NCBI RefSeq assembly: GCF_000315625.1
Contig: NW_005434671.1
Span: 941,798-1,005,797 of the forward strand
DNA length: 64,000 bases
Reading direction: 5' to 3'
Origin: Guillardia theta CCMP2712
Lineage: Eukaryota > Protista > Cryptophyta
Both the position numbers and the translations under genes were made by a program. The notes under the pieces were generated by a model. It was not told the origin of the DNA and searched no databases. It saw only the letters and a list, made by a program, of their open reading frames with translations. Of this stretch, positions 1 to 15,805 are shown piece after piece. The number at the start of each line of letters is the position of its first letter. Positions within the stretch are counted from its first letter, which is position 1.

Positions 1-59
1 GAGAAGAGAGAGGAGAGAGGGAGAGGAGAGAGGGAGAGGAGAGGAGAAAGAAACACCTT

Positions 60-910
60 CTTCCTCCCCTCGTTCTTGTCGAAGAGATCTGTGGAACTGA
101 AGATGATCTTGTACAGAAGCGGGTTGATCGCAGTGACGGTCTCTCCTTCTAGCAAATCTTGCCATCATCCTCTTCACAGGCGAGGAGATGTTGAGTCTGA
201 CGCGCCTCCTCTGACCATCAGGGGACAGAGCTTGCACATCCTCATGGTTGATGAATATTGCCTCAACCTCCTCATCGCTCTCTATCATCTCAGCCTCGAC
301 GTCGTCAAGCCTCCCCCTCCCCCTCCCCCTCCCCCTCCCCCTCATCGCTCGACCCTCCTCTCCTCCCTGCTGTAAAGTTGCGGGGATGCAGCTGTCGATG
401 TAATCGTCCACGTAGTCGATATCCAGCAGGATCTCAACGTGCTTGCACTCCTTCTGTGCTGACTCATCGCCTCCTCCTCCATCCTCTCGCTTCCGCTCGT
501 TCACAGAGCTTTCCTCCGACATGCTCATCCTTGAAACCGCCTCCTGCCTCCTCCTCGCCGCTGCGCGTGCTGCCGGAGAAGGACCGGGAAGAGGAGGAGG
601 GATTTCATCTTCCAGCGACTCTTGCATGGAGCACAGCAGCTGCCTCTCTCTCCTAGCTGCGAGAGCCCGAGCAGCAGGAGAAGGACCAGGAAGCGGAGGG
701 GAGGGGGAGAAGATCGGTCCTCGTGCTGCATGTCAGGCTACCAGGAGGCTGTTCAGAGTTTCACAGGCCACTGAGGAGACGACAGGAGCAGCTGCAGAAA
801 AATCTCCCGCTCGCTCATGCGGGAAACAAGGCCTGCCGTAAGGCGTTTGGGAAGCTATACAGGGGAACTCCCAGAGACAAGCAGAAGACGGTCAAGTGCA
901 TCCATGAGGC
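60..910 (-). CDS. Hypothetical multi-exon protein (fragmentary; may continue beyond window start)
   Basis: Minus frame reads a plausible protein (…ARERQLLCSMQESLEDEIPPPLPGPSPAARAAARRRQEAVSRMSMSEESS…KHVEILLDIDYVDDYIDSCIP…) interrupted by microsatellite-rich intron-like stretches. No recognisable domain. Confidence 0.35.
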
Positions 911-1439
911 TTGAAGCTGGTAAGAAGAGAAGACGTGTCAACGAAGACAACAAGAAGCAGCAAGGGAGGAAAGAAGGAATATTCACTAGAAAAATCGAGT
1001 TGCGCTTTAAAAGACACACATAGTCACTGTGAGTAAAGATTAAAAGATACACATAGATTCACTGTGAATATTTGCTCATCAATCTGATCGATCTGTCATA
1101 CACTGCTCATTCGGGGACATGCTAGTCTTAAGCCGGAGCTCTACCTTTCCGTTCTCTTCCACCTGCCCTGCTACATCTCATACTTCTACTAATACCATCA
1201 TTCATACTTGTAATCGTGTTCATGCTCATCCAAATATTCTCCTAATATCATACTCATACCAGTCGTTTTTTAAACATTATCCTCAAGTTCATCACGGCTC
1301 TGAGCATTTGCTTCAACGGACCTTTACCTTCACCATCTCAGCGTCGATATTTCCACATTACACACTTCATCATCCCTTCCGTTCTTGATTGACAAAATCT
1401 AGCTGTCATGTGTATTGCCTGCTGCTCCATCACCAACTC

Positions 1440-1600
1440 CTCGTTCCTCCTCGTTCCTCCTCCTCCTCCTCCTCCTCCTCCTCCTCCTCCTCCTCCTCCT
1501 CCTCCTGATCCTACTCCTGATCCTACTCCTGATCCTACTCCTTCTGATCCTCCTCCTAATCATCCTCCTGATCATCCTCCTGATCATCCTCCTTCTCCTC
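1440..1600. repeat. Compound microsatellite (CCT)n + (CCTGATCCTACT)n + (CCTGATCATCCT)n
   Basis: Directly visible; produces poly-P, poly-L and poly-R ORFs in several frames. Confidence 0.95.
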
Positions 1601-1744
1601 GTGCTCCTGCTTGTCCATGCCTTCGGAGCCATGGCTCCCCGGCGCCCTCTGGTCCTGCGTCTCCGTTCTCTCATCTCCGAAATCAGTCTGTTAAAATGTT
1701 TGGCGTCACAGGTATCCTCAGGGATACTATATTGCATACCAGTG

Positions 1745-1880
1745 AGGGCCCGCGTCCCCGGCACCCGGCGGCCGGGCACTGCACCCGGCCGCCGGGCCGG
1801 CAGCACTGGCCCCCGGGCCCGGGCGGCTGGCCAGGCGTCGGCCCTGCCAGGCTGGGCCCGGACCGTTGGACTGAGGCTCA
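1745..1880. promoter_or_regulatory. CCGG/GGCC-rich intergenic island between divergent genes
   Basis: Very GC-rich with dense CCGG/GGCC and an ACTGAG word; same composition as islands at ~10.2, 20.8, 24.4, 49.1, 54.3 and 62.3 kb. Confidence 0.5.
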
Positions 1881-2437
1881 CTCTGTAGTAGTAGTAGTCA
1901 AGTTTATTAGAATGCTAGATAAGTCGTATCGGGTACCTTTCCGGCCTATTCTTAGTAGTCTAAAGGGGTTCTCACGCTTGGCAGAGCGGCCCTTCTTGGA
2001 TGGCCCTTTGTGGCATCCTCACTCTGTAAACCTAATGATTTGATGAAAGCCTCGGCTGACTGTCAAGAAGGTCTCTGGCTCTCTTCATCACCGTACCGGG
2101 CCTGCCAACGGTGCCGCTGTGACGGTGCGAGTCTGGCCGCAAACTTGGCATTTCACTGAGCTCTTTTACGGTCCCTGGCTTTCAACTAAAATCCTCTTTA
2201 TTGACCGACTGAAAGAGAAGTCTTTTCTCTTCTCGCCGTTTGGCCTGTGCGACAGTGTCAGGGTCACTTGAAGCCTCCTCGACTCTCCTGATTGTCCTCG
2301 TACTGATTTTTAACTTAACTTTGAGTACCAGAGAAAGAGAAAGGCAAACCGGAGCAAACAAAGGAGGGAAAAAATCAACGGACGTATTTGACTAGGCTTG
2401 TCAAGAGGGAGAGAAATGGAACGAGGGACGTGGTAAG

Positions 2438-5760
<3,323 letters not shown>

Positions 5761-6129
5761 CCATATCTACTCGCAGCCGTCGAAGCGAGCAGGGCAAAGA
5801 GTTTGGGTATAAACACTTCATCCCTCCTTTTTCCCCCTCCTCCACATTTCTCATCCGCACCTTCCAGTGCTATTTCCCCCAATACTCTGACTCCGAAAAC
5901 TTTCTCAAGTACTCAGCCGTCCTTCCCATTCATCTCCTCAATGCTATCACCTCCTCCCTGTTTCCTTTCAATTTCACTCCTCTGCCCTGAGTGTCTGTTG
6001 CTTCTCCTCCTGCTCCTGTTTCTCCGCCTCCTCGTCCTCGTCCTCGTCCTCGTCCTCTTCCTCCTCCTCTCCTCTTCCTCTCCTTTTCCCATCCTATCCC
6101 TCTCCCCTGATTGTCCTTACAAGTGCAAG

Positions 6130-9100
6130 TTATCGCCATGGGACTGGAGATCGCATGTTTCACCCGCCAGCATGAGGCGGCTCGATTACTGCAGGTGACA
6201 CAGCACGAGACGTTTTGAATAATATCCTCCCTCCCTCTCCTCCCTTCTCCTCCCTGTCCTCCCTCCCTCCCACTTGTCCCTCCCTCTTCTCCATCCCTTC
6301 CTCCCTCTTCTCCCGCTTTCTCTGCCTTCCTCCCTCCCTCCCTCCCTCCCTCCCCCGCTCCCTCCCTCCCTCTGCCTATCTTCCTCCCTCCTTCCCTTCC
6401 CTTCCCTTCCCTAACCTTGCCTCTCCACTCTCTTCCTCCATTCCTCCCTCTCCTTCTCCAACTCTTCATCCTTCTTGAGCAGCTCACCTCAGCAATCGTT
6501 CATCTCAGAGTTCTTCAAGAAGGGCCATCGACCAGCGAGTTTTCCACTGCAGTCTACAGCCCCTTGCGATACCTCGACAGTCCATCATGGTTGAGGAGGA
6601 GGAGGGAGTTGGAGTCAGAGAAGGGAAGGAGGAGGGAGGAATGGGGAGAAAAGGGAGGAGGGAGGGAGGAGAGAGGAAAGGGGAGAAAAGGGAGGTAGGG
6701 AGAGAGAAGGGAGGAGGGAGAGAGAAGGGAGGAGGGTGGAAGGACCTCTGACGAGTGGCTGCTGATTCTCTCAGACCTTTGAAGTTCTAACCGAAGAGAA
6801 GGCCAGGTTGGTAACTTCTCTTTCCTCGCAAGCCCAGCGCTGATGGAACACTCAGAAGTGCGATCGAGCCCGTTGTTGCTCTCGCCGAGATCGAGGACAA
6901 GGACAAGGACAAGGGCGAGGAGAGGAAGGAGCAGGAGGAAATGGAGGAGAATGCTATGGAGGAGGTTGTAGATGATAGACGAGAGGAGGAGGGAGCAGAG
7001 GAGGAGAAAGGCTGGGGAGCGAGTGAAGTTGACCAAGGGCAGATGAAGGAGAGAGCGAAAAGTGCAGTCGAGCTTCTGGGCTTTTACCATCAAGTTGTGT
7101 GGAGGTGAGTGGGTAGAGGAGGAGGACGTTTTGGATCCCTGGAGAAATGGGAGGAAGGGAGTGGAGAGGAAGAGGAGAAGCGAGGAGAAGGGTTAAGGGG
7201 AAGCAGGAGGTTGTTCAGAGGAAGAGGAAGAGGAAGAGGAAGAGGTAGTGAAGAGCAAGAGCAAGAGGTGGAGGACGAGGAAGAGGACGAGGAAGAGCAA
7301 GAGGTGGTGGAAGATGAAGAGGAAGAGGAAAGGGGATGGGAACATGGAGGGGGCAAGAGGAGGGGAGAAGCTTACTTCCTGCTCAGGTACCATGAAAATA
7401 TAATAAATCATTAAGTGGAATGGGAGGAAAGAGGGGGAAAGACAGGAAGAGCGATTCATTTATCTCCACATGCTCTCCTCCACTCTTCCAAGACTTCTTC
7501 GCTGCGGAGGTGAGATCAAAGGAGAGCTTCAAGAAAGAATCTACAGATGAGGAAAGGAGGAGCAGAAGGAGCAGGAGCAGGAGCAGAAAAAGAGGAGAGA
7601 AGGAGAAGGAGAAGGAGCAGGAGGGAGGAGACGAGAAGCAAGCACTCACCCGATTTCGACTTCTGTGGAGTTGGAATTCCCCGACTCTCCCTCGGATGAA
7701 CTCACCTCGACCCCCATCCTGCTCGGGCGTCAGGCAGGCAGGCAGGCAGGCAGGACCAAGTTGCCCTCACTTTTTCAGCTCCGTCTCGACAGACACAGTC
7801 ATCGAGCTTCTCTCACTGTTGTCCCTCTTCTCTTCCTGCTCCTTCATCTCCCGCAGCTGCAGCAACCTCTCCTCCATCCTGCTTGGCATGTCAGCGGGCA
7901 AACTTCAGCCCCCATCACCGCACTTGACACGTTGATCGTTCATGTACGTGAGCTCCTTCTGCAACAGCGTCGCCTGCAGTTGGAGTTGAGGGATGAGAGA
8001 GTCGGCGAGAGGCGTCAAGTGACACACGAGGTAGAGGGGAAAGAAAAGTAGAAAACCCGACAGGAAGGGTATGATAGAGGCAGAACATGGAGGGAGGGAG
8101 GGAGGGAGGAGGGGGGACAAGACCTCTGTCATGTAATTGCAAGACACGCAGGCTTGCATAACGAACTCAAGTTCGAGCTGTCCAGGAAGGCGCACTCTCC
8201 GCAGGATGGCAAGCTTGGAACAACGTTAATATCCTTGTACTTGACCTCCACCTCGTCACCTCTTGAAGAGCTTTCTTGCCTTCATGCATGTGACTGCAAG
8301 CCTGCAGGCTGCCTCAAAGACAGATAAACTCATGGACCTCAGCTGCACCTCGAAGAAGGATATGTAGGACTCGTCGTTGGGAATGAAACCTACAGTGCCA
8401 TGAGAAGGAGAGCGACGGTTGTTGAAAGCGTGAGCAAGAAGTTTGAAAACAAGAGCAAGTGGTGTGAAAACAGGAGCAAGAGGATTGAAAACGAGAACCA
8501 AGGGTTGAAAACGAGAACCAAGGGTTGAAAACGAGAACCAAGGAGGGGACCCAAAGGCTCAGAACAGGAGCAAGAGGTCTGAGAGGATCCGAGGGACCGT
8601 CGCTCACCACTCGATCGCATTTCTTCGAACAACTCGATCAGAATGCTCCATTCCTGCGATTGTGCGCAAAAGGCGATGAACTTGAACAAAGAGCAAGTCA
8701 GTCGAGGAACTGGAGCTTCTCCCTCCTATCTATGGGAAGTACCATGTCGTAGACCTCGTCGTTGAGCGAAAACCCCATCTTGAGAGACTTCTGCAGCACG
8801 GAAACTCCCTGCAAGGTAGCTGGAGCGTCAAGAATGTTGCCAGATAACACAGTCGGCGCGTACAAGAGGAAACTGTTTCTCCTCGGTCAGGAGGTTCAAC
8901 AAGTAGCCGATCGTCATGTATGTTGGGGCCATGCTGCAAGTCAAAGAAGTGATCTCAGCAGAACAGACGACGCCGCATCACAGAACGGCGAAATTCAGCG
9001 TTGGGGTTACGCTCTAGGGCACCAGAACGGAGGCACTCGGAGGAAACACAGCAACCAGCCAGGCAATCACAGGGCTTCTCATGTCTTTCATCACAGTCTT

Positions 9101-9839
9101 TCATCACCTTTGGTTCTCCATGAACTGGAACAGCCCCAGCGCTGCAGTCTGCGGCCAAGGGTGTTACAACAGCACAGCCACCCCGTCCAACGACTCACAC
9201 AATTCTCCCGCTTGCAGCAGAGTTTCATGAGAAACTCACATAGCTCAGCGTCGACCGTCAAGTTCTGTCGCTCACGAGCCAAAAACACTTTCTTGGTCTC
9301 CTCGTCCATGGGAAACATAGAGAGGTCAGTTGGTATCACCATATCCTGGAAGATCCGAGTAAATCTAACAGTAACTTCTGCTAAGATCTTAGTCTACTCA
9401 CGACATCGGAGGTAAGGTTTTCGTGTTCGAGATTGCCGCATGCAGGGCAAAGCTCTGCAGACTCGCTCAGTTCACGCTCTTTGGGATCGCTCTCCTCCGT
9501 CGAGGAAACGGAAAGGTCGAGGGAGGAGCCCTGGGATTCATCGGCAGAAATGTTGTAGTCATCCCTAACAGCATTGAAAGGGCCAGCTTTCTGTTTGTCG
9601 GACAGGTTGTCTGCATTCTCATTTATATGCTCGTGTTTAGCCTTGCTCCTGAACCTCTTCGATCGTTCGGTCTTGTTCTTGAATGCTTCAGGCACGAAAG
9701 ATCTCTTTTCTCCCCCTCTCAACTCCAGCCTGAGATGAACGTTGCGAGTTCCTCTTGCAGGGTCGCATGTGACAAGAAGGTTTCCAAGAGCCAAGATCAA
9801 GAGCAAATTCTGCATGGATCCTCTGCTAATCAAACTCAT
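6130..9839 (-). CDS. Signal-peptide protein with LxLRGG motif and a PPR-like helical segment (multi-exon; 3' end uncertain, possibly ~7380)
   Basis: N-terminus MSLISRGSMQNLLLILALGNLLVTCD…VHLRLELRGG. Internal FIAFCAQSQEWSILIELFEEMRSS|GFIPNDESY resembles a PPR motif. Downstream exons lie between SSR-rich introns. Confidence 0.55.
8432..8578. repeat. Intronic ~20-21 bp minisatellite (GAGAACCAAGGGTTGAAAAC-like)
   Basis: About 6-7 copies, the central ones identical and the flanking ones degenerate. Confidence 0.85.
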
Positions 9840-10154
9840 TCCTCAAAACCATGCAGCCTGATCCGGCCAAGTCCGAAGGCTTCGAACTAACGGAGCAGAC
9901 ACGGATTTATCCAGGCCTCAGCCCAGTGACATCTCCTCGCATCCTCATTTCCTCTTGGATCGTCTTCCCCTCCTCCTCTCCTCCCCCCTCTCATTTCTTC
10001 CTCTTCCTCTCTCGCCAGCCTCATGACTCCTCTCAGCGCCATCAGACGCTGTTCTACAAGAGCCATGGCATTGCGACTGATCGCCTCTGAGGCAGCTTTC
10101 CTCTACTAGTCTAAGATGGAGGGCAGCATTTCCAATTAGGGCCTCGGAGTTTCA

Positions 10155-10505
10155 ATAGGCCGCCGCGAGACCCACTGTACGCCGGACCGGGGCGGCGGGT
10201 CCGAGTGACTGTGACTGTGACTCAGTGAGCCGCCCGGGCCGCAGGCCCGGACCGGGCCACAGCCTCCGGGTCAGTAATTCGGACGCCACTCGGACAATTA
10301 GAAATGCCAGCCTGACAGCCGCTTAGTGACGAAATATTACGGCGGTACGGTAGCGCGGGGGGCGTGCCAAGGCTGGGGCTTGAGTGACTGATAATAGATA
10401 CTAGGCTGCCAAGCAGATTCAACTCATTCAATTTTGAGTAAAGACTGAACAGGGCTGAGCCGTTGAGTGACCGCTCGGCACTGCACCCCGGGCCGGGCCC
10501 GGTTG
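10155..10505. promoter_or_regulatory. CCGG-rich island in divergent promoter region
   Basis: CCGG/GGCC clusters, (GTGACT)3 and TGACTCAGTGA between a minus gene starting at 9839 and a plus gene starting ~10640. Confidence 0.5.
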
Positions 10506-10509
10506 CCAT

Positions 10510-10618
10510 TTGACTACAGACAATATAATTTTTGACTATGAACGTGAATTTTCACTATAAAACCTGTATATTTGACTATATTGATAAAACTTGACTATAA
10601 TCGAGGACATTGACTACA
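10510..10618 (+). repeat. Six TT(G/C)ACTA motifs at ~20-bp spacing
   Basis: Motifs start at 10510, 10532, 10551, 10572, 10591 and 10610, separated by unrelated AT-rich spacers. Confidence 0.85.
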
Positions 10619-10639
10619 GGGGGTCGTGCGGAGGGGAGA

Positions 10640-13600
10640 TGGCGGAAACGGCGGAGAGGACGGCGACGGAGGCAACGATGGGGAAGTGAGGCAGGGCCAG
10701 ATCGGGGGGGGATGGTGAGCGAAGTCCATCTCTTGTCGATGGTGAGGACACTTGTGAGGGTCTGTGCGTGCAGTCAGAACTCAGATTTTGAGTAGAACAT
10801 CTTGGTGCGGGCGGGCGCTGTCATGGCGGAAGTCAAGTAAAATCGTCTTTCAGGAATGTGAGATGATGATTGTGATCTTTAACTCTTCTGTGTTGATCAG
10901 TAGTTGTTTGATATTGCTCTTGTTCGTGATATTTCTTTATGGAAGTTCGGTACCTTTCTGATCCCGGATATTTTCGCTATTCCAGCATTGCTGAACAGTT
11001 GAAAACAGTTCGATGATGCAAGACGTTGAGATGCAAGACGTGGAGGTATAGCTTCATATCTTTGCCACTGGGAGTTTCTTTTAATCAGAATACAATGCAG
11101 GCCACAAATGGAGGACACAACGTTGCAAAGGTGCTCGCATAAATAACAGCGCCTCAACTTTTGACAGCCTTGTGACCAGACTGGAACCATCCAGATAACT
11201 CCCTTCAGGATCATGGCGGTTGTCTTGACAAGAGCTGACTGACTGCGTGCCTCTTGACATTTGAACGTAGCGAGAAGACATAGTTACAGCCAAGAGATCG
11301 AGAAAAAGGGCTCGCTCCCCTATAGTGATGAAAGGAGGTAGGGGTTTATGCTGATTCCTCCCATGCTCTGCGTCAACGCCTCTCTTATTCGCTGCCTGGG
11401 ACAGACGAAAAGTGGAAACGAGGAACGACATGGTCTCTGGAGGACACATCGAGTACCGATCTACCTCCACATGAACGAGTTGTAACGCTGCTGCAAACAG
11501 TCGACTGGATCGCAGACTCGGTCCGAAACAAGAAGGAGAAGCAATCATTTTCCGAATGGGAAACGAGCAAAGGGCACCATCATGATATGGATAAATGGCT
11601 CTCCCATATAATCTCCATGCGGTACAGTCCTAATGTCTTGCCACAGGGTCATGAAACTAAACTTGTACGTCGAGCAGGCAGCGGACGCAATTTTCCAATT
11701 TTTCGCCTAGAACATCTCATGATGCCCAGACGGTGGATGACAACTTACTGGACTACAATGGCCCGAAGACGCTGAAGGATCTGATGATCGAAGCTCGCAT
11801 GCGTGCACTTGACGTCAGAATTGTTTGAGAGTTCTGGTTCGAGAGACTTGACGCAATGTTCTGAATTTGCAGGGGCTGGAAGTGAATGCGAATCGACAAC
11901 TAACAGGTCCGATGTGATACCTTGATGATGCATATATTGCTGATGCTGTATACAGATGAACCAGTACGACAGAAGGAACGTCGTGACGTCATCGCACCAG
12001 GGCTACACGCCGTTGACCGGCTCAAGAGCTTGCCGGTATTAAACTTGTTTCCAGTGCGTCACCAAGATGGCCAGTGGTTCTGAAGTTTGTTTTTTCAGGT
12101 CTCATTCACAATCAATCTGTTTCCCGGAGGATTCTCTATCGATGGGATGACGGAAGCGCATCCTTACGACCAGTATTGACTCGCTTTGGACCTGACGTTC
12201 CAACTGATGTGGCTTGGACTAGACACTCAAGAGATTTTTTGAAATGCCTGGATCTTGGTCGGCTGCCAGGAGACATGATCATGGATCGCTGCGTGAGTCA
12301 AACTGAAATGAAAAGAAGAAAGGTTGTTCTGAGGGATTTGCCAGGGCGACTTTGAGTTCCAATATTTCGACGGATGCCTGATAGTAGAGGTACTGAGTGA
12401 AGATTTTTGATAGCCCATGACACCCGATGTACTTCAGATCAAAGATCATCGCATGCCCAAGCAATATGATCTCAAGGTGCGTGATAAAAAACCGAATCGT
12501 GCAAGTTTTGCTGGCTGAACTTGTGGGAACAGCCTCACGTGCATCGCGTTGTGCTACAGCCAAGCAACCAGGTAGGGTGAGTGGCTGACGGCTGACAGTC
12601 CCTGAGATTCGATGTTAGTCCGTCGCGAATGACTTGAAGGTGATCTGGCACCGGAACCAGGTGACTCAGTGAAATTTGATGCTTTCATCACTGACGAGAT
12701 TGCGTGCAGGGTCTGTCACTCGACGACATCTTGCAGCTGGAGCAGAACATGCTTATGGGTTTGTTGCATTGCTGATGTGCAAAAGTGATAATCGTTCGAC
12801 CTCTACAGCGCTTCAACCTTCAATATGTCTTGATCCGCACCCAAGGTTCTGCTTGACATTTATCTCGCTCCGTTCGTCCTCAACTCATGCTCTCTATCGT
12901 TCATTCGTTTTCTTTCATTTTTCTTCAATTCTTATACTCTCAGTTTCCTGTTCTCTTTCTTAGACTTCCTTGTCTTTGTCCTGACCCTGCTTTGCTACTC
13001 AACATCTTTCGACAGTGAATTGAATTTTGCAATCCAGGGTCGGAAAAGTCCTCAGCCTCATCTCTAGAAGCTTGCAACGCGTTCATGTAATCTTGCGTTC
13101 TCCTTGTTTCTGCCTCTGACTCAGAGCTCAGGTTTGGCATCCAAGAAATGCGAGGTGAACCACCTGAGGATTTCCTGAGTCTCTTCATGTTGTGAGCTTG
13201 TCCCTATCCAGGCCCGAATTCAGCAAATTCCGGAGGACGTTTGACTTTGAGGCGATGCGCAAGATGCATGTGAGATATGTTTCTGTTTTCCCAATCTCTT
13301 TATAACTGTTTGGTGCCAGAACACTATCTATAATTGGAATCGTGATCCTAACGCAACACAAAAACTAGGCAATCTTCTGCTTATTCGTGGTTTCTTTGAG
13401 CCGTAGGCTGATTGATGGCTCCACAGAGAAATTGGCTAAGACCAGGGCGATGCGGGTGTCCGGTATCAGAGGATTCCTTCAGCAGCAGCATGTCAGTCAC
13501 TCTGACATGCACGAACATAAATTTCTCACTCTCCCTGTTACTCCAGGAGTGGGAGGAGGCGGAGAAGAACGAGGCAACTGCAGGTCTGGCGTTTACTGAA

Positions 13601-15552
13601 CATTACCTGTCTCAGCAGTTCTGATCTCCTCTGCAGGAGTCTCTGCGATCCTCAAATTGTTCAGCTCGAACGGAGGCCAACAGCAATCAGGTGAAGCTTT
13701 TGAAGTTTCTCAGCTCCGCCTCTTGTCAAACGTCTTCGCGTCATCAGGCGCTTCAGGCACGTTGGGCAGCCCTCCACCACTGGCCACACCGAAGAGTATG
13801 CGTGCTCTTGCTTTCTGAGTCACTTCTCCTCATTGTCACCTGCAGTGGGATTGAACTCGCCAGGGCCGATGAACCGGTCAGATCTCCTCGGGATAGAAGG
13901 GGTGTCGTATCCTCTTGACGTTCTCTTTGCTCCTTCAGGGCCCTTCTCGTTCGGGAATCGATGGTCCCTGGGGCTCCCGCAGAGCGGCAGATGAGGTAAG
14001 CATGCTCATCGACCGTCTCGTCGTCCTCTGACCTTGTCTGCAGGTTCAAGAAAGACCTACAAGTCCGCTTGCCTTTGAGTGGTCCGCTAGCTTCTTGACA
14101 CTTTTGCAAAGGTCTCTTCCATCTGGCTACAGGCAAAAGCCCCTTCCTCGTACTACGTGTACATGCGGATGGTAAGGACAGAGCTGCCGTGTTGAGATCG
14201 ACCTTCTTACCTTGTTTCAGGAGGATGTCACCAAAGAAGGAAAGATTGTCGAGGGCTCGCAAGCTCAGGTGACCCTCTCAGCTTGATTGCATGAGACTTC
14301 TCGTGACCGTGAGACCAAGTTGCCGGCAAGTTACATCGGAAACAGCCAGAGTGCTCGCAGGTTCGGATCTCAACAGTACGACATCATGGTCCGCGAAGGT
14401 CGAGGTAGGGATGGTCCTCCACCAGACCTCAAGTGCCTTCAGGTTGGCAGCCGCTCTCAGACTCCCACATTGGCAAGAAAAGGGAGGCAAACAGCCCAAG
14501 CTCCTCGAGCATCCCACCGCCTTCTACTGCTGCCACCGTGAAGTTTCTTCATCCCGTTCCCTTCCTCTCACTCCACAACCACCAGGGACAGAACGGAAGC
14601 ACGTCAGCCCCTCCCTCTCAAGTCTTGAGCACCAACCCGGTTGCAGCAGGTGACGAGAGCAATCCTGCTCTACAGAGCCGCTTGATGACATGTCACTGCA
14701 GCTCGACACCCACCACCGACAACCATCAAAGTCGCCACACATGACGTGACTCGTCCTCCTGACTTGATCCGCAGAGCCCTCCTGCACAGCACGCCAAGGT
14801 TATAGGAAGCAGCCCAACCCCGAGCGCTCACCCGGCGGCGAGCTACCCGCCTGGTGTACCAGTGCGCCCTATGGTGAGCGAACTGCAATGGCTTCAAGGG
14901 CTCCGAGCATATCACTGACAGCTGTGACAGACTGCTGCCAACTCGCGTCCAGCTGGCAAGGCAGGGGTATCCCTTCTTGCTCCTCCTCGTACGCATGTCG
15001 GCTCATGGATCTTAGGTTCAGCCACACACTCTGCCCGGGGGAGTTTCAAGCATGTACACAGGAGCCACTCAGGTAGATTTATGTCCACCCCCCCCTCTCT
15101 TGAATCGCTCAGCCTGTCTCTTGTCAGGCTCGCCCCTATACAGCTCCTGGTGGCCAGGTGAGCCAAGTTTCTCTGTCCTGGATTGGCCCGGGCTCACCCT
15201 TGACTTCAGCGCAACATCCCGACTTCAGCAGTGCCGCATGTTCAACCAGTGAGACTTGGCGGCTCTGTTCTCCTCTCTCACCTCGATCTCGCAGGGTCAC
15301 GCCTACCAGTCGGGAGTTGTTCGTCCAGCGGTGACACCTTCTCGTTGCGTTTGGTCGCGTTGACTCATCTCAGCAGGGAACTCCAGTGTCCTCTGCTGCC
15401 GCTGCCGCTGCCGCTGCTGCCTCAATGATGCATCGCCCGGGAGCAGGGGTGAGCAGAAGCATTCGAGCTTGCTTGAGGTGACGCTGAGCTCAGGTGGTGG
15501 GGGGGGTGGGGAGCTACGCAGGAATGGCGTGCCAGCCTCCTCAGGTAGTTGA
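10640..15552 (+). CDS. SPT20: Spt20-domain protein (SAGA complex subunit-like), multi-exon; 5' end uncertain
   Basis: Exons at ~12110-12850 give DFLKCLDLGRLPGDMI…FQYFDGCLIVE…IKDHR…RVLLQP…ICLDPHP, matching Spt20 family motifs (fydGClivEvrDyr; lcLDPsP). Long Q/P/S/A low-complexity C-terminus as in Spt20. Confidence 0.7.
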
Positions 15553-15805
15553 GTCAGAGGTCTGAACAGCAGCTGATGGTAAGACAGATGAAACAGAGCG
15601 GGATGCCCGGTCCGAAGGATCCCCCGAAGAAATGATGCCGAGCGACGAGCGAATGTTATTTATTCTTGCAGCACGACGAACCTCGACGGCTGTTTCGCTT
15701 GATGTACATGCATTTACAGCGACACTTGCCATCGAGTCTCAATAAAACTTGTCAAAATTTAGAGCGGGCGCTCCTTCCTAAGCTCTGGATCCGTTTCCTT
15801 CCCTC

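Noticed and set aside
1399-1888. Protamine-like poly-Arg ORF (-) and poly-Pro/poly-Leu ORFs (+)
   Set aside because: All arise from one (CCT)n compound microsatellite that stays open in several frames; no independent coding evidence.
8432-8578. CRISPR-like periodicity
   Set aside because: Head-to-tail minisatellite without unique spacers, intronic, eukaryotic context, no cas genes.
10510-10618. Repeat-spacer array as a mini-CRISPR
   Set aside because: The repeat is only 7 bp with 12-15 bp spacers; kept as a regulatory candidate instead.
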